A stretch of 64,000 nt of DNA from Candidatus Latescibacterota bacterium (GCA_965208125.1 OZ242320.1:5056001-5120000); one strand, 5' to 3'. Shown: positions 39,401-48,216, numbered from the stretch's first letter. Notes: a model not told the origin generated them from the sequence alone. A program made the numbers and translations.

Positions 39401-40934
39401 GATCCAGCTTGTAATCGGGCAAAAAATCTTCGGAATTTAGCCCGAGATCGAGCACGCCTGCAAGCAGACGTATCTGCCCGGTGAGATTTTTGAAATTCAC
39501 ATGTTCGGATTTATCCAGTGGGGTATCCACTCTAAAACGCGCGTCGTTGACCGTAATGAGCGATAGCGCCGGCGTGCCCGCTTCCAAAACGACCTCACCA
39601 TCTGTTTTCAGGATTTTCCCCGGAATATACATATCCCAGTTCATGCCGCCTTTTGGATTGATCCCATCGATGAGGGCATCGGCGGGGTCCAGATCAAATC
39701 GCTCGGCTATCGCCTCTGAATAATGTATAAACGACTTGCCAAATGGCGTGAAGAAACGCTTGTAATAATAATTGCGCGTACTGTTCCAAACCCCGATTTC
39801 ATCTGTCTGGCTCGTCAAATCCAGAGAAATAAACAGTGGCAACTCGAGGGGTTCGGTCATCAAAGCGGCAAAATGTTTTTCTTTGCGCGAATGCCTGCTC
39901 AAAAAATCGCAAATACCTCTGAAGCCGAGATGATGCCCAGAAGATGCGAGAAATAAAAGCGTGTGTTTGGGCGGGTACTTGCTGAAATATTCGACCAACT
40001 TCATCATGCCCACAATCCCACACGCCATTTCTGCACCCGGCGCGAGCGCGGGCACCACGGACATGGCATCGTAATACGTATTGATCACCACGATTTTTTC
40101 GCTCAATACGGGATCGGTTCCGCGAATCCAGCCCAAAATATTCCGGGTCTCTTTCTTTTCCCAATCCATTCGCGCCTTCAAAGTGACATTGATCTCATCC
40201 TTTTGCGCAATCAATTCCTTCAGTTTTTCGCCACTTGTCTTATCAATCCAAAAACGCTCTACACTATTGGGCACCTGCAAAAATTTAGTCTCTGCCTGCG
40301 CGGTAAACGTGGAGTCGGGTTCGATAAACACAATCTGCTGCGCGCCGAGCATGGCGGCATTGAGCCAGTTGTTCCACGAATTAAATTCCATCAACACCAC
40401 CGCACCCTTTACATTGCGTCCATTAAATTCCGATACATCGCCAGTGCCGCCCCACAAGAGATGTCCTTTCACGCCTCCCGAGGGCAAAGTGGTCGTCTTG
40501 ACCAGATTGGGCCACAAACCGTGAATGGTAAATACCTCGCCGGTATCTTCCACCTTTAAGCTGCCGCCCCGGTCTATGGGCACGGCCACGTCATACGTCT
40601 CGGCTTCTACGTCTTCCAGGCCAAAACGCCGAAATTCAGCTTCTATAAAATTCGCGATTTTTTCGTGACCCTCATAACCCACCACGCGCGAGCCGTATTG
40701 CGTGAACTGCTCCATCAACGTGCGAATCCCGTCTTCGCGCACGGCATCCAAAACCCGTGTGCCCACTTCCTCTGCTCGCGGAACGAGTATAGGAGGAACC
40801 TCGCCGGGCATTTCCAATCCCAACAGGGCAGCTATACGGGGATTTACGCGATAGGGACCGGCAATCAGGAGCGCGGTGACAAAAATCCCCAGACCGATGA
40901 GGCTCCAGATGATGTGCTTGTAATATTTATCCAT
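36405..40934 (-). CDS. Large fusion protein: degenerate M28-peptidase-like ectodomain plus FtsX/MacB-type ABC permease
   Basis: GSRVVGYEG, NILGWIRG, TYYDAMSVVPALAPGA, LLFLASSGH; C-terminal VYERFREIGIYSAVG...FIAEA and SLYPARQAA (FtsX signatures). Confidence 0.8.
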   Translation of the reverse strand: MDKYYKHIIWSLIGLGIFVTALLIAGPYRVNPRIAALLGLEMPGEVPPILVPRAEEVGTRVLDAVREDGIRTLMEQFTQYGSRVVGYEGHEKIANFIEAEFRRFGLEDVEAETYDVAVPIDRGGSLKVEDTGEVFTIHGLWPNLVKTTTLPSGGVKGHLLWGGTGDVSEFNGRNVKGAVVLMEFNSWNNWLNAAMLGAQQIVFIEPDSTFTAQAETKFLQVPNSVERFWIDKTSGEKLKELIAQKDEINVTLKARMDWEKKETRNILGWIRGTDPVLSEKIVVINTYYDAMSVVPALAPGAEMACGIVGMMKLVEYFSKYPPKHTLLFLASSGHHLGFRGICDFLSRHSRKEKHFAALMTEPLELPLFISLDLTSQTDEIGVWNSTRNYYYKRFFTPFGKSFIHYSEAIAERFDLDPADALIDGINPKGGMNWDMYIPGKILKTDGEVVLEAGTPALSLITVNDARFRVDTPLDKSEHVNFKNLTGQIRLLAGVLDLGLNSEDFLPDYKLDPDDRMRGLKGFVRTFPRLSITPDRPRPGAVASLRMGVDKSIKGVRRVYYDIADENGEFYMPGIAERRVDVKAFYMDPESGEITYAPNHGRQARIYRGEFNMDWWISKRTRILFPCIATDFYETVDPRYLSKLSSISVLGPGNTAPQEYGYAVGFGPEEPVGTIFTTPGERIKIVMRLGGRSLDIGVRYMLLNSKSAESVEVARGDGFQTLQHGGAFIHSSFQAAKDMWTLNEARMRELAKYSIENQRMTSLHAQAKEHLDLAEEAMQDKKWDLFVKHTRAGMGLESRAYPDVKATQNDVIRGVIFFMILVIPCAFFVERLIFTFSDIRLQIGGFGAAFVVIWIVLSQVHPAFDLSNPFVILLAFVIFALAIFVIAIVSGRFHENIRRLRTEEVLLHDTDVGRISASVAAFQLGIANMKKRKMRTSLTFATLVLLTFTVLSFTSIKTTLDFYQIPLDDIEGKYPGLLIRSQFWGPLEDTSYDYARINFFDQGEIAPRSWYVTQDLKKTPIETPEKTTKVLGILGLSVNEPAVTGIDTLLSQGRWFEEGEIACILPGKIAGLLEVEPEDVGKKSVRLFGKQLKVVGLIDAEKMRDYEDLDGEIMSPADFKLTDDEIVSRMTQQESREKQGLEQPQLENMPFEHIDPDDIAIIPYNILREVGSPLQSIAIRLREDVNVEEQVKEYVSRLSVVVYAGIPKADGKIQVSIYSSMGWGTLPGLANLFVPILVAALIVLNTMMGSVYERFREIGIYSAVGLAPVHISFLFIAEACVYAVLGTVAGYLLGQGVIKILLWQELLQGLNVNYSALSTVISSALVMVVVLISSLYPARQAALMAVPDVTRRWKLPDPEGDHWHFEFPFTVGGKDVFGLSVFLVDYFESHMGESMGAFYTDGARFGSVEAATGAGYTIDTTIWLAPYDLGVSQQVHFEAVPTGEHNIFAMALTIDRLSGDVASWRRGNQGFMNALRKQFLIWRTVDPTNRAKYTDKGRELLSASTAAVNA

Positions 40935-42918
40935 AGCGATGTACCCAATGCCCGCGTTCTGGGAACCAGATCATGTCGATACCCAATGACAAAGCCACGC
41001 CGAGAATATATCCGACGAGCAAACCGATAAACAAAGGTCTGGATTTGCGATAAACCGTTGGACCGCCTACTTTTATGATGACAAACTTAATCAACCAGGC
41101 GAGAAAAGTCGTAAAGCTGGTGCGTCGCGCCAGATAAGAACCCGAAATCGCCAGACCCACGGGATGCAGCGGCCACCACACAAAGCGATAGCGCATATAG
41201 ATCAACCCCGCCATCAAAAGACTCCCAATACCCAAAAATACCACTTCTTCGGGATGTTCTTCATAAAACGGTGGCTCGTCGGGCTTTTTGAGTGCATCAA
41301 CCGTATGCTGAAAATGGCGTTCGGCTGCCCGCGTAATCTCCCAACTGTTAAAATTATAAGCCCCTTGATCGTAACCCAACCATACGGTGAACAACATATT
41401 GAACAGCAAACTGACCATAAACACCAGTCCAAGCGCCCCCATCAGCCGCCGCCGCTGATTGCCGGGAACGCCCTCGGAAACGCGCCCGGCATGGGAAAGC
41501 GCGGGCAAAAACAAGCCCTTGAAATTTTCGGTGACCAGTACGGAAAAGCGAAAAGCGACGAGGGTGGAAAGCGATATATTGCGCCTTCCATAAAACGATG
41601 CGACCAGACTCCATGCACCAATGGGTTTGCTCGCAAATGGCATGCCAGTATCGGCGATGATCTTCGCCATACCCGTATAGACAAAAATCACTGCCAGAAT
41701 GTATAAAAACCCTTTCAGCGGATCGAAATTCATCTGCGTCAGCCAGACAAATAAATACGCTATGCTACACAGCAAACCGATGCAAGCGGCGCGATAAGAC
41801 ATCAATTCTTCGGAGTCATCCACCGTGGGATCTCTCCCGAGTGCCTTCATCAACACATCGCGCAAATGTTTTCTCGCTACCCAGAAGGTCGAACCCACAA
41901 AAACGACAAAAGCCCCAACAGTCTGCCAGTAATAAACACCCGCGCGATAATAAGGCGTGGTGGCTTTATAGCCCCACTTGCTGAGTTGACCGCCTTCAAG
42001 GATGAACACCAGATCAAAAAACCAGATTGAAAACAGAACATCCAGACTGGCAAAATAAGAAAAGAGAATGGTAAAAATGCCAAAAAATCCCCTGATAGGT
42101 GGCAGTTGCCAATCAATCCAATACCAGCGAGACCGGTAAATGGGAAAACGCGGAAAGCCCGGCAAAAAGTAATTGATACAATTCCACGCCAGCACGCCAA
42201 ACGCAATGGCAAATCCGATCCAGAACAAGCGATTGCGCGTAAACTCGGGCAACCATCCCTCACCATCGCCCGGTTCAGAAGCCATATCGATCAATGGCGC
42301 CATCGCGGGAAAAACCAGACGTTCGTTTTGCACCCATTGTTTTCTAAAAACAGTAGCCACACAGGCCAGCATTAAAAAAGCCGCCGCCACAACCGTCGTC
42401 CACCAGAACAGGGGCAATATCCACACGCCCCAGGGGATAGTAGCACCGCCAGGCAAGCCTTCGTAAAACCACGCAACGGCATTGCCCTCGTGGCTCGGCA
42501 AGAGCCAGTTGGGCAAAAGCGGATGCAGGTGCTCGGCCCACTGGTTTTCTTCCGTAGCAAAATAATAAGGTGCCGTGATATAGCCGATCAAATAACCCGT
42601 CATGCCAAAACACGGCAGTGCTGCCCCCACAAGACCCATCGCCAAAATCGCATGCCATTCGCCTTTTGAAAGAACCCAGCCGGTCATTTTGGCAACAATG
42701 GCGAGTCCGATCATCAGAATCATCAGCACGATCAACATGGCCATTGGAATGTGACTATACGTCATCAGCGAAGCGTGCAAGACGTAGCGCACGTACATAG
42801 CCAGCAGATCGAGAGCAATGACGAGAAATACGCCCAATCCCACAGCACGCAATGTTACCGCGGGCTGTGAACTCGCATCGTCTGCTTCTGTCTGAATATT
42901 TTGTGTATCAAGAGCCAT
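40927..42918 (-). CDS. DUF6785/DUF6784-family polytopic membrane protein (OPT-like)
   Basis: VTLRAVGLG, PYYFATEENQW, FRKQWVQNERLVFP, RFVWWPLHPVG, AWLIK..IIKVGG...PLFIGL. Confidence 0.72.
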   Translation of the reverse strand: MALDTQNIQTEADDASSQPAVTLRAVGLGVFLVIALDLLAMYVRYVLHASLMTYSHIPMAMLIVLMILMIGLAIVAKMTGWVLSKGEWHAILAMGLVGAALPCFGMTGYLIGYITAPYYFATEENQWAEHLHPLLPNWLLPSHEGNAVAWFYEGLPGGATIPWGVWILPLFWWTTVVAAAFLMLACVATVFRKQWVQNERLVFPAMAPLIDMASEPGDGEGWLPEFTRNRLFWIGFAIAFGVLAWNCINYFLPGFPRFPIYRSRWYWIDWQLPPIRGFFGIFTILFSYFASLDVLFSIWFFDLVFILEGGQLSKWGYKATTPYYRAGVYYWQTVGAFVVFVGSTFWVARKHLRDVLMKALGRDPTVDDSEELMSYRAACIGLLCSIAYLFVWLTQMNFDPLKGFLYILAVIFVYTGMAKIIADTGMPFASKPIGAWSLVASFYGRRNISLSTLVAFRFSVLVTENFKGLFLPALSHAGRVSEGVPGNQRRRLMGALGLVFMVSLLFNMLFTVWLGYDQGAYNFNSWEITRAAERHFQHTVDALKKPDEPPFYEEHPEEVVFLGIGSLLMAGLIYMRYRFVWWPLHPVGLAISGSYLARRTSFTTFLAWLIKFVIIKVGGPTVYRKSRPLFIGLLVGYILGVALSLGIDMIWFPERGHWVHRYG

Positions 42919-43078
42919 TGGCGTGATTTTCGTGATACAAGGTAAAATCCCTCAGAAAATGTGCGGGAATAATTAACCCCCGCCCCTTGTATTTGTCAAA
43001 TGGTTTATATGTTTATAATTGTAATTCTGCATATAGCGCAACATCATTTCTGTTTGAAAAAAAACGTACGCAAGAACC

Positions 43079-43107
43079 TTGACACCAATTAGCCGTTTTG
43101 TTAGATT
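43079..43107 (+). promoter_or_regulatory. Sigma-70-type promoter of tRNA-Phe
   Basis: TTGACA-17 nt-TAGATT. Confidence 0.6.
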
Positions 43108-43132
43108 TGGTCGTCTTATCGGGAAAGATGAT

Positions 43133-43208
<76 letters not shown>

Positions 43209-43263
43209 TTTTTTTCATTTGACTATACACAGACGTATATTTCCTTCATACATGTTCCAAATA

Positions 43264-43300
43264 AAAAAAGGTGTGAACTTTCAATGTTCACACCCTTTTT
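43264..43300. terminator. Bidirectional terminator after tRNA-Phe
   Basis: GGTGTGAAC/GTTCACACC stem flanked by A- and T-tracts. Confidence 0.75.
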
Positions 43301-43320
43301 GTTTTTGGATTTAAAAAAGC

Positions 43321-43395
43321 GGGCGACCACAGGGGGTCGCCCCTACAAAACCAGATTAATAATCTCATCGTAGGGGACGGCCCCTGTGCCGTCCC
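43321..43395. repeat. Inverted pair of GTAG-type REP elements (REPIN-like)
   Basis: GTAGGGGCGACCCCCTGTGGTCGCCC (minus, 43346-43321) and GTAGGGGACGGCCCCTGTGCCGTCCC (plus, 43370-43395). Confidence 0.75.
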
Positions 43396-43412
43396 AGGTT
43401 GTTTTTTTAACG

Positions 43413-44204
43413 TTACAAACTCTGCGCAACCCGAAACCCCACATAAAGGCTCCCGGCAAAGGTACTATGTCGGTCGCGAGTAGCCGAGCGAAGGAAATAT
43501 CCTTCCAGGTACCATGCACCGCCGCGCACCACGCGCGCAGTGCGATCGCCGACCTCCCACGCAGACCCGTCATTGGGTGCCCCCACATATCTATTATTAT
43601 ACCAATCCTGAGTCCACTCCCACACATTGCCGTGCATGTCGTGAAGGCCCCAACTGTTGGCCTCGAACGATCCCACAGGTGCTGACATCTCATTATCCCA
43701 CTGACTGCCGCACCCATTGCAATTGGCGCGGTTGTGACCGAGATTATTCCCCCAGCTATACCTCGTCGCCGTTCCCGCACGCGCCGCATACTCCCATTCA
43801 GCCTCGCTCGGCAAACGATAGTTCTTCCCCGTCTGCTCCGATAACCAGGCAGTGTACGCCACCGCATCATCCCATGTGATGTTGATCACGGGACGCCGTC
43901 CTCGCCCAAAACCCCTATCATCTGCTCGCTCGCGCCCCGTTGCATCTGTGAAAAGATCGTACTCCTCAAATGTCACCTCGTACTTAGCCAGCGCGAACGA
44001 TTTAATCGTCACCTCATGCACTGGCCTCTCGCTATTATTACAACTTCTCCCCGAGACGCACCCCATCTTAAAACTTCCCGCGGGAATCACCACCATCTCC
44101 GGCGTTTTAAAAGAAGCCCCTTCCTCCTGTGAAACACGAGCGGATGTACCCGTGAAAAATCCCAATAAGACGAGAACAAAAATATTTCTGATCACACTCT
44201 GCAT
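43413..44204 (-). CDS. Secreted FGE-sulfatase (SUMF1) domain protein
   Basis: IPAGSFKMG, YEVT, RLPSEAEWEYAARAG, GLHDMHGNVWEW, RGGAW, GFR. Confidence 0.9.
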   Translation of the reverse strand: MQSVIRNIFVLVLLGFFTGTSARVSQEEGASFKTPEMVVIPAGSFKMGCVSGRSCNNSERPVHEVTIKSFALAKYEVTFEEYDLFTDATGRERADDRGFGRGRRPVINITWDDAVAYTAWLSEQTGKNYRLPSEAEWEYAARAGTATRYSWGNNLGHNRANCNGCGSQWDNEMSAPVGSFEANSWGLHDMHGNVWEWTQDWYNNRYVGAPNDGSAWEVGDRTARVVRGGAWYLEGYFLRSATRDRHSTFAGSLYVGFRVAQSL

Positions 44205-44293
44205 GATATATATCTCCTGTAATTATTACCTGATAAATGCTCATAAAAAAAATAAGACAACTTCTTATTGGTGAAAAGTACATATTTTACCTA

Positions 44294-45031
44294 TTAAGGT
44301 GCATCGCGTTTTATGATGGTCACATTGACCAGGGCACCGGGGCGGACATACTTTCCCGCATTCAAAAAAAGACCCGTTACTTTGCACGTCCCATTTTCCG
44401 GATCAATAACAGGACTGATCCCGACGACGCGCCCGGGCAACGCGCGCTTTCCGCTGGCGGTCGGCACCGCAGACAGCGACATATTCATTCGGATCGCGTT
44501 CAGCCTCTTCTCGGACACAAACAGATGCACCTGAAGGTCCCTGGGGTCAATGATCCGAGCGACCGCGGAATAGGCCAGTATCCAGTCACCTGCCTTTACA
44601 TTGACCTCAGCCACCATTCCGTCCTGGGGTGCGATGATTGCGGTTCTGTCCAGTTCCATACGCGCGGCGACCCAGTTATAGTGTGCGACCTCAGCATCGA
44701 AGCGAACATTTTCAAGCTGCTGGTCACTGATCAGTTTCTTCGCGTGCAACATTTCCAACCGCGCTTGCAGAGTCTGGGTCTTCTTCAGTGCAATTCGAGC
44801 CGCAGTTTCCTTCACGCGCAAATCCCGGCGGGATAATACCATGAGGGTATCCCCTTGAGTCACCCGGTCTCCCACCTCAAAGTTGACCTGCTGCATCCAC
44901 GCGTTCATCCCAGCATAGACGGTCGCCGATCGCACAGGTATTAAAGGCGCCCGCAACATCAGTTCTTCTGCCTGGATCCTTGCGGCAATGAGCATGAGGA
45001 TGCCGCACAGAAACATCGCGTTGTATATCAT
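44294..45031 (-). CDS. Membrane-fusion/periplasmic adaptor (RND-MFP-like) protein
   Basis: Lipoyl-like halves VGDRVTQGD and IIAPQDGMV...GD; ISPVIDPENGT; CAGGAG RBS and signal peptide at ATG 45031. Confidence 0.8.
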   Translation of the reverse strand: MIYNAMFLCGILMLIAARIQAEELMLRAPLIPVRSATVYAGMNAWMQQVNFEVGDRVTQGDTLMVLSRRDLRVKETAARIALKKTQTLQARLEMLHAKKLISDQQLENVRFDAEVAHYNWVAARMELDRTAIIAPQDGMVAEVNVKAGDWILAYSAVARIIDPRDLQVHLFVSEKRLNAIRMNMSLSAVPTASGKRALPGRVVGISPVIDPENGTCKVTGLFLNAGKYVRPGALVNVTIIKRDAP

Positions 45032-45202
45032 AATTGATCTCCTGTCAGACGAATACGTAACACACCCTTGAATCGCACGTTTTTGCGTTTCAGAGCATCG
45101 ATCTCTTTCTGCTTTTCCGCCAGTTTTCTCTCTACTTGCTCCAGTTTCAGGTAATGCACGGGGTGGTATTGCTGGACGGGTTGCGGGTGACTGGTGAACC
45201 AT
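45028..45202 (-). pseudogene. Small coiled-coil protein gene with one extra base (frameshift or sequencing error)
   Basis: RBS CAGGAGG and ATG 45202; removing one base near 45178-45180 gives MVHQSPATVQQYHPVHYLKLEQVERKLAEKQKEIDALKRKNVRFKGVLRIRLTGDQL* with ATGA overlap onto the MFP start. Confidence 0.5.
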
Positions 45203-45255
45203 GAGAATACCCTCCTGTATGGGTTAGAATTGAAACTTCGTGCCCTTCATATAGG

Positions 45256-45271
45256 GCAAAAACCGTGCCAA
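45256..45271 (-). promoter_or_regulatory. Sigma-54 (-24/-12) promoter
   Basis: Minus strand TTGGCACGGTTTTTGC, GG-N10-GC. Confidence 0.78.
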
Positions 45272-45347
45272 AATTTGACAAAAACCCGTAACTGACTGCG
45301 GGAGAGCGTGTTTTTTAAAAAATGCTGAAAAAAGAATCTGCGGGAAA

Positions 45348-45405
45348 CTGTTTCAAACGAAACAGTAAGTGTTTCAAATGAAACAGTTGTGATTAGAATG
45401 AAACA
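45348..45405. promoter_or_regulatory. Three tandem TGT-N10-ACA-type enhancer (bEBP) sites
   Basis: TGTTTCAAACGAAACA (45349), TGTTTCAAATGAAACA (45370), degenerate TGATTAGAATGAAACA (45390). Confidence 0.65.
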
Positions 45406-45431
45406 GGGGGATTACAGCGGAAAATTACACT

Positions 45432-45461
45432 AAAAATGCCCTGAAGAATACAGGGCATTTT
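45432..45461 (-). terminator. Intrinsic terminator
   Basis: AAAATGCCCTG/CAGGGCATTTT stem. Confidence 0.75.
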
Positions 45462-45507
45462 GGAAGGTATTTGGAGCATACCATACAACGGGCTGTCATC
45501 TTGCCAT

Positions 45508-48015
45508 TCAATTTCCCTCTCCGATCTGTGCTCTGGTCGCCACGGCTTTTACAGCTTCTATGCCCAGGCGGTCTTCGAGTTGTTTCAAGTACAAACTGCG
45601 CGGATTTACCTTCCGCCCGTGTGATTCCCAATATCCATCTTCACGCCTGTACCAGCCGTCTCGTTTCTCGCCGATGCAGCCAATGGCATAATTTTGCGAT
45701 GTTGGGGGTTTTTGCACGATAAAACTCTCTGCCTCGCAGTTCCACAATACTTTTTGCGCGCCCGCCCAACCGTGGCCAGTGCCCGAACCTTGCCGATCCT
45801 GAACATTGATGGCATTGCCGTTCACGGTCACATTGTCAAACAGTGTGCAAACAGACCAGCGGTGATGGGGGCCTGAATCATTATGCGCGATATCCGCCGT
45901 GCAATCCAAAAACACATTTGGTCCCGGTACGCGGGCGTGTAGCACATAATCGTGACGTCCCCGCCGGGTATAGCACCGCTGCACGAGGGATAATTGTCCA
46001 TGAACGGGAAAAGAGTAGCGCCGCGATCCGGTGATCTGTGATACGGGATCCAGACATTGACTATCCTGCACGGTCATCCATTTTGCCTGGTTGCCAATGG
46101 TTACACAGGCATAGCCAAAGTGGACTGAGGTGATATTGCGCGCCCACGCATTCTGTACGCGTGAAAATACGACAAAATTCCAGGCGTGATCTTCATCGAT
46201 AAACTCATCCTCCCTACTTTCATCTTTTTCGCTGTCATCAAACTCCGATACGCCGCGCAAGTTCTCAATGCCCACCTGTTCAATGCGCCCGAGATATTCG
46301 TATTTGAGAACCCACCCGCCGCCGTATTCGCGTTCAAATGCATTGCCCATGGGCGCGTCGATTGTTATCCGGTTGCCTTCTATGGCAGTTATGGTGCGGT
46401 CAAAGCGAAAGTCGTAAGTGCCCGGTTCCCACTGCCGAACGTCGGGATGTGACATCTCAATGCGATCCATCCCTATTGCCGCAATCCACTGTGCCGTACT
46501 GGGGCGATGCACGAGGATCTCATCGCCAACTGCAAAACCCGAAGCATCTGCGATGGCGAATGTTCTTGTGCCTACGGGGACATAATCATCTACAATGGCC
46601 TGTCGCGTTCCCCCTACCTCTTGCCAGAATGATCTGCCTTCAAACTCGATCAATGTGCGCTGTTCTGTTCCCGTTGCAATCAATACCGTGCCGTTTTCAC
46701 CCGTGCCTTCACCGCGCAGTACAACGCCACTTGCCCGAATGTACAGGGTCCCACCAATGCGATATTTTCCGCGCTTGAGTAACAAGGTCCCGCGAAATCC
46801 ATTGGCGTCCAGTGCGCGTGCGGATACGTCGTCAATTGCCGCTTGCAATCGCGCTGTGTCGTCTCCACCGGCCTGTGGCTGTACCGTCATCGCCACCGGC
46901 ACATCTGGCAGAGCCACACCACCACCCATATAGCCACAGTGTGAAAAGTCTGGAATAATATTACCCTTTTCATCTGGTACATAGACCAGTCGCCCGTCAG
47001 GTCCCGGATATACCAGTTTACTGTTCTGAGGTACGTAAGATATCGAACTGCTCCGCGTTTGGATAAAATCTGCAACTTGCGCCCAAATAGGGATGGGATA
47101 TATGGAGGGGTCGCGTGAGGCGAGGATATCCCGAGGAATTGGCACGCGGATCCGAGTTGTTCCCGCCTCAATAGTCTGGGTCAACAGGATCTGCGTTTCG
47201 GTTCCCACCACAATATTTAATGGTTGTGTGGTGGCGTTTTCCAATGTGATGGGTATGTACCACTGCGTGCCGCCAGATCCGAATCCAGCAGCGAAGGTGA
47301 GAAAATCACCAAAACCGATTTGTCCGTCAGAATCGAGATCGTAGATGGGATTATATCCCGCATCGGTCTGTGTTGCACCGAATTTCTGAACAAAGAGGAT
47401 AAAATCACTAAAACCAACGGCTCCGTTGCCATCAAAATCGATATGGTCAATGGAATTTATTTCTTGTACTGGTGCGTCAACTTGCCAGGAAAAGGTCTGA
47501 TCAACGGTTGCAATATGATCGATGAACAGGCGCGCATTTGAACTTTGACTTGTTTCTGTTCTATATGTGATGTATCGCCTGTTGTAATCGGGGTCTCTGC
47601 CCCAGATCTCGTGGGGTTTTGCCAGTTCTACAACGGCAAGTTGCCAACCTTGAGGCGGTGTTTGTCCCGCCCAGATCGTATATATGGCTTCCCTACCGCC
47701 GCCCAGAGGGTGGTTGCGAACCTTGATTTTGAGATCCCTCAGGCCATTGCCCTCTACTTTCCACCAGAAGCTCAAGCTGTGTCTTTGGGATATGTCCTGC
47801 CCCGTGCTAAAAAAATTGTAGGTAAAGAATCCCGTTTGCCCTGCTGGTGGGGAAGCAACGATGGCAAAGCGACCCTCCTGGGCATCTCTGGATAACTGTA
47901 CATTGTTGGACCAGCCGGAAAGATTGTCGCAATAGGTCAGCGTTTGCACCGGATCGCTGGCAGAGCAAGCACAGGCCCACAGAAATAGAATTGTGCAGGT
48001 GATAATTGATCGCAT
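45508..48015 (-). CDS. Secreted multidomain protein: CBM-like domain, paired EF-hand/dockerin-like domain and pectin-lyase-like beta-helix
   Basis: Signal peptide; DFDGNGAVGFSDF and DLDSDGQIGFGDF; IPDFSHCGYMGG, DDTARLQAAID, ASGVVLRGEG, GPNVF, HHRW, GHGW. Confidence 0.75.
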   Translation of the reverse strand: MRSIITCTILFLWACACSASDPVQTLTYCDNLSGWSNNVQLSRDAQEGRFAIVASPPAGQTGFFTYNFFSTGQDISQRHSLSFWWKVEGNGLRDLKIKVRNHPLGGGREAIYTIWAGQTPPQGWQLAVVELAKPHEIWGRDPDYNRRYITYRTETSQSSNARLFIDHIATVDQTFSWQVDAPVQEINSIDHIDFDGNGAVGFSDFILFVQKFGATQTDAGYNPIYDLDSDGQIGFGDFLTFAAGFGSGGTQWYIPITLENATTQPLNIVVGTETQILLTQTIEAGTTRIRVPIPRDILASRDPSIYPIPIWAQVADFIQTRSSSISYVPQNSKLVYPGPDGRLVYVPDEKGNIIPDFSHCGYMGGGVALPDVPVAMTVQPQAGGDDTARLQAAIDDVSARALDANGFRGTLLLKRGKYRIGGTLYIRASGVVLRGEGTGENGTVLIATGTEQRTLIEFEGRSFWQEVGGTRQAIVDDYVPVGTRTFAIADASGFAVGDEILVHRPSTAQWIAAIGMDRIEMSHPDVRQWEPGTYDFRFDRTITAIEGNRITIDAPMGNAFEREYGGGWVLKYEYLGRIEQVGIENLRGVSEFDDSEKDESREDEFIDEDHAWNFVVFSRVQNAWARNITSVHFGYACVTIGNQAKWMTVQDSQCLDPVSQITGSRRYSFPVHGQLSLVQRCYTRRGRHDYVLHARVPGPNVFLDCTADIAHNDSGPHHRWSVCTLFDNVTVNGNAINVQDRQGSGTGHGWAGAQKVLWNCEAESFIVQKPPTSQNYAIGCIGEKRDGWYRREDGYWESHGRKVNPRSLYLKQLEDRLGIEAVKAVATRAQIGEGN

Positions 48016-48216
48016 TGCAATTTTTCCTGACCGCTTGTTTCTATATTTGCAATTATCTGCAATTTACTCGAAAAAACAGGGGTTTGCAATGGCATTTTGG
48101 CGTATAATGTAGGCGTTGTTCGAGGTGTTCCTGACAAAACTATGGAAATTGTCCCTATTGAGATAGACAATTGCGGGATGATGTCTATAACTGCGGATGC
48201 ATCCGTGAAAAATCCA

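Noticed and set aside
45348-45405. Mini CRISPR array
   Set aside because: Units are 16-bp dyads with 4-5 nt gaps, no spacers and no cas genes; better explained as enhancer sites
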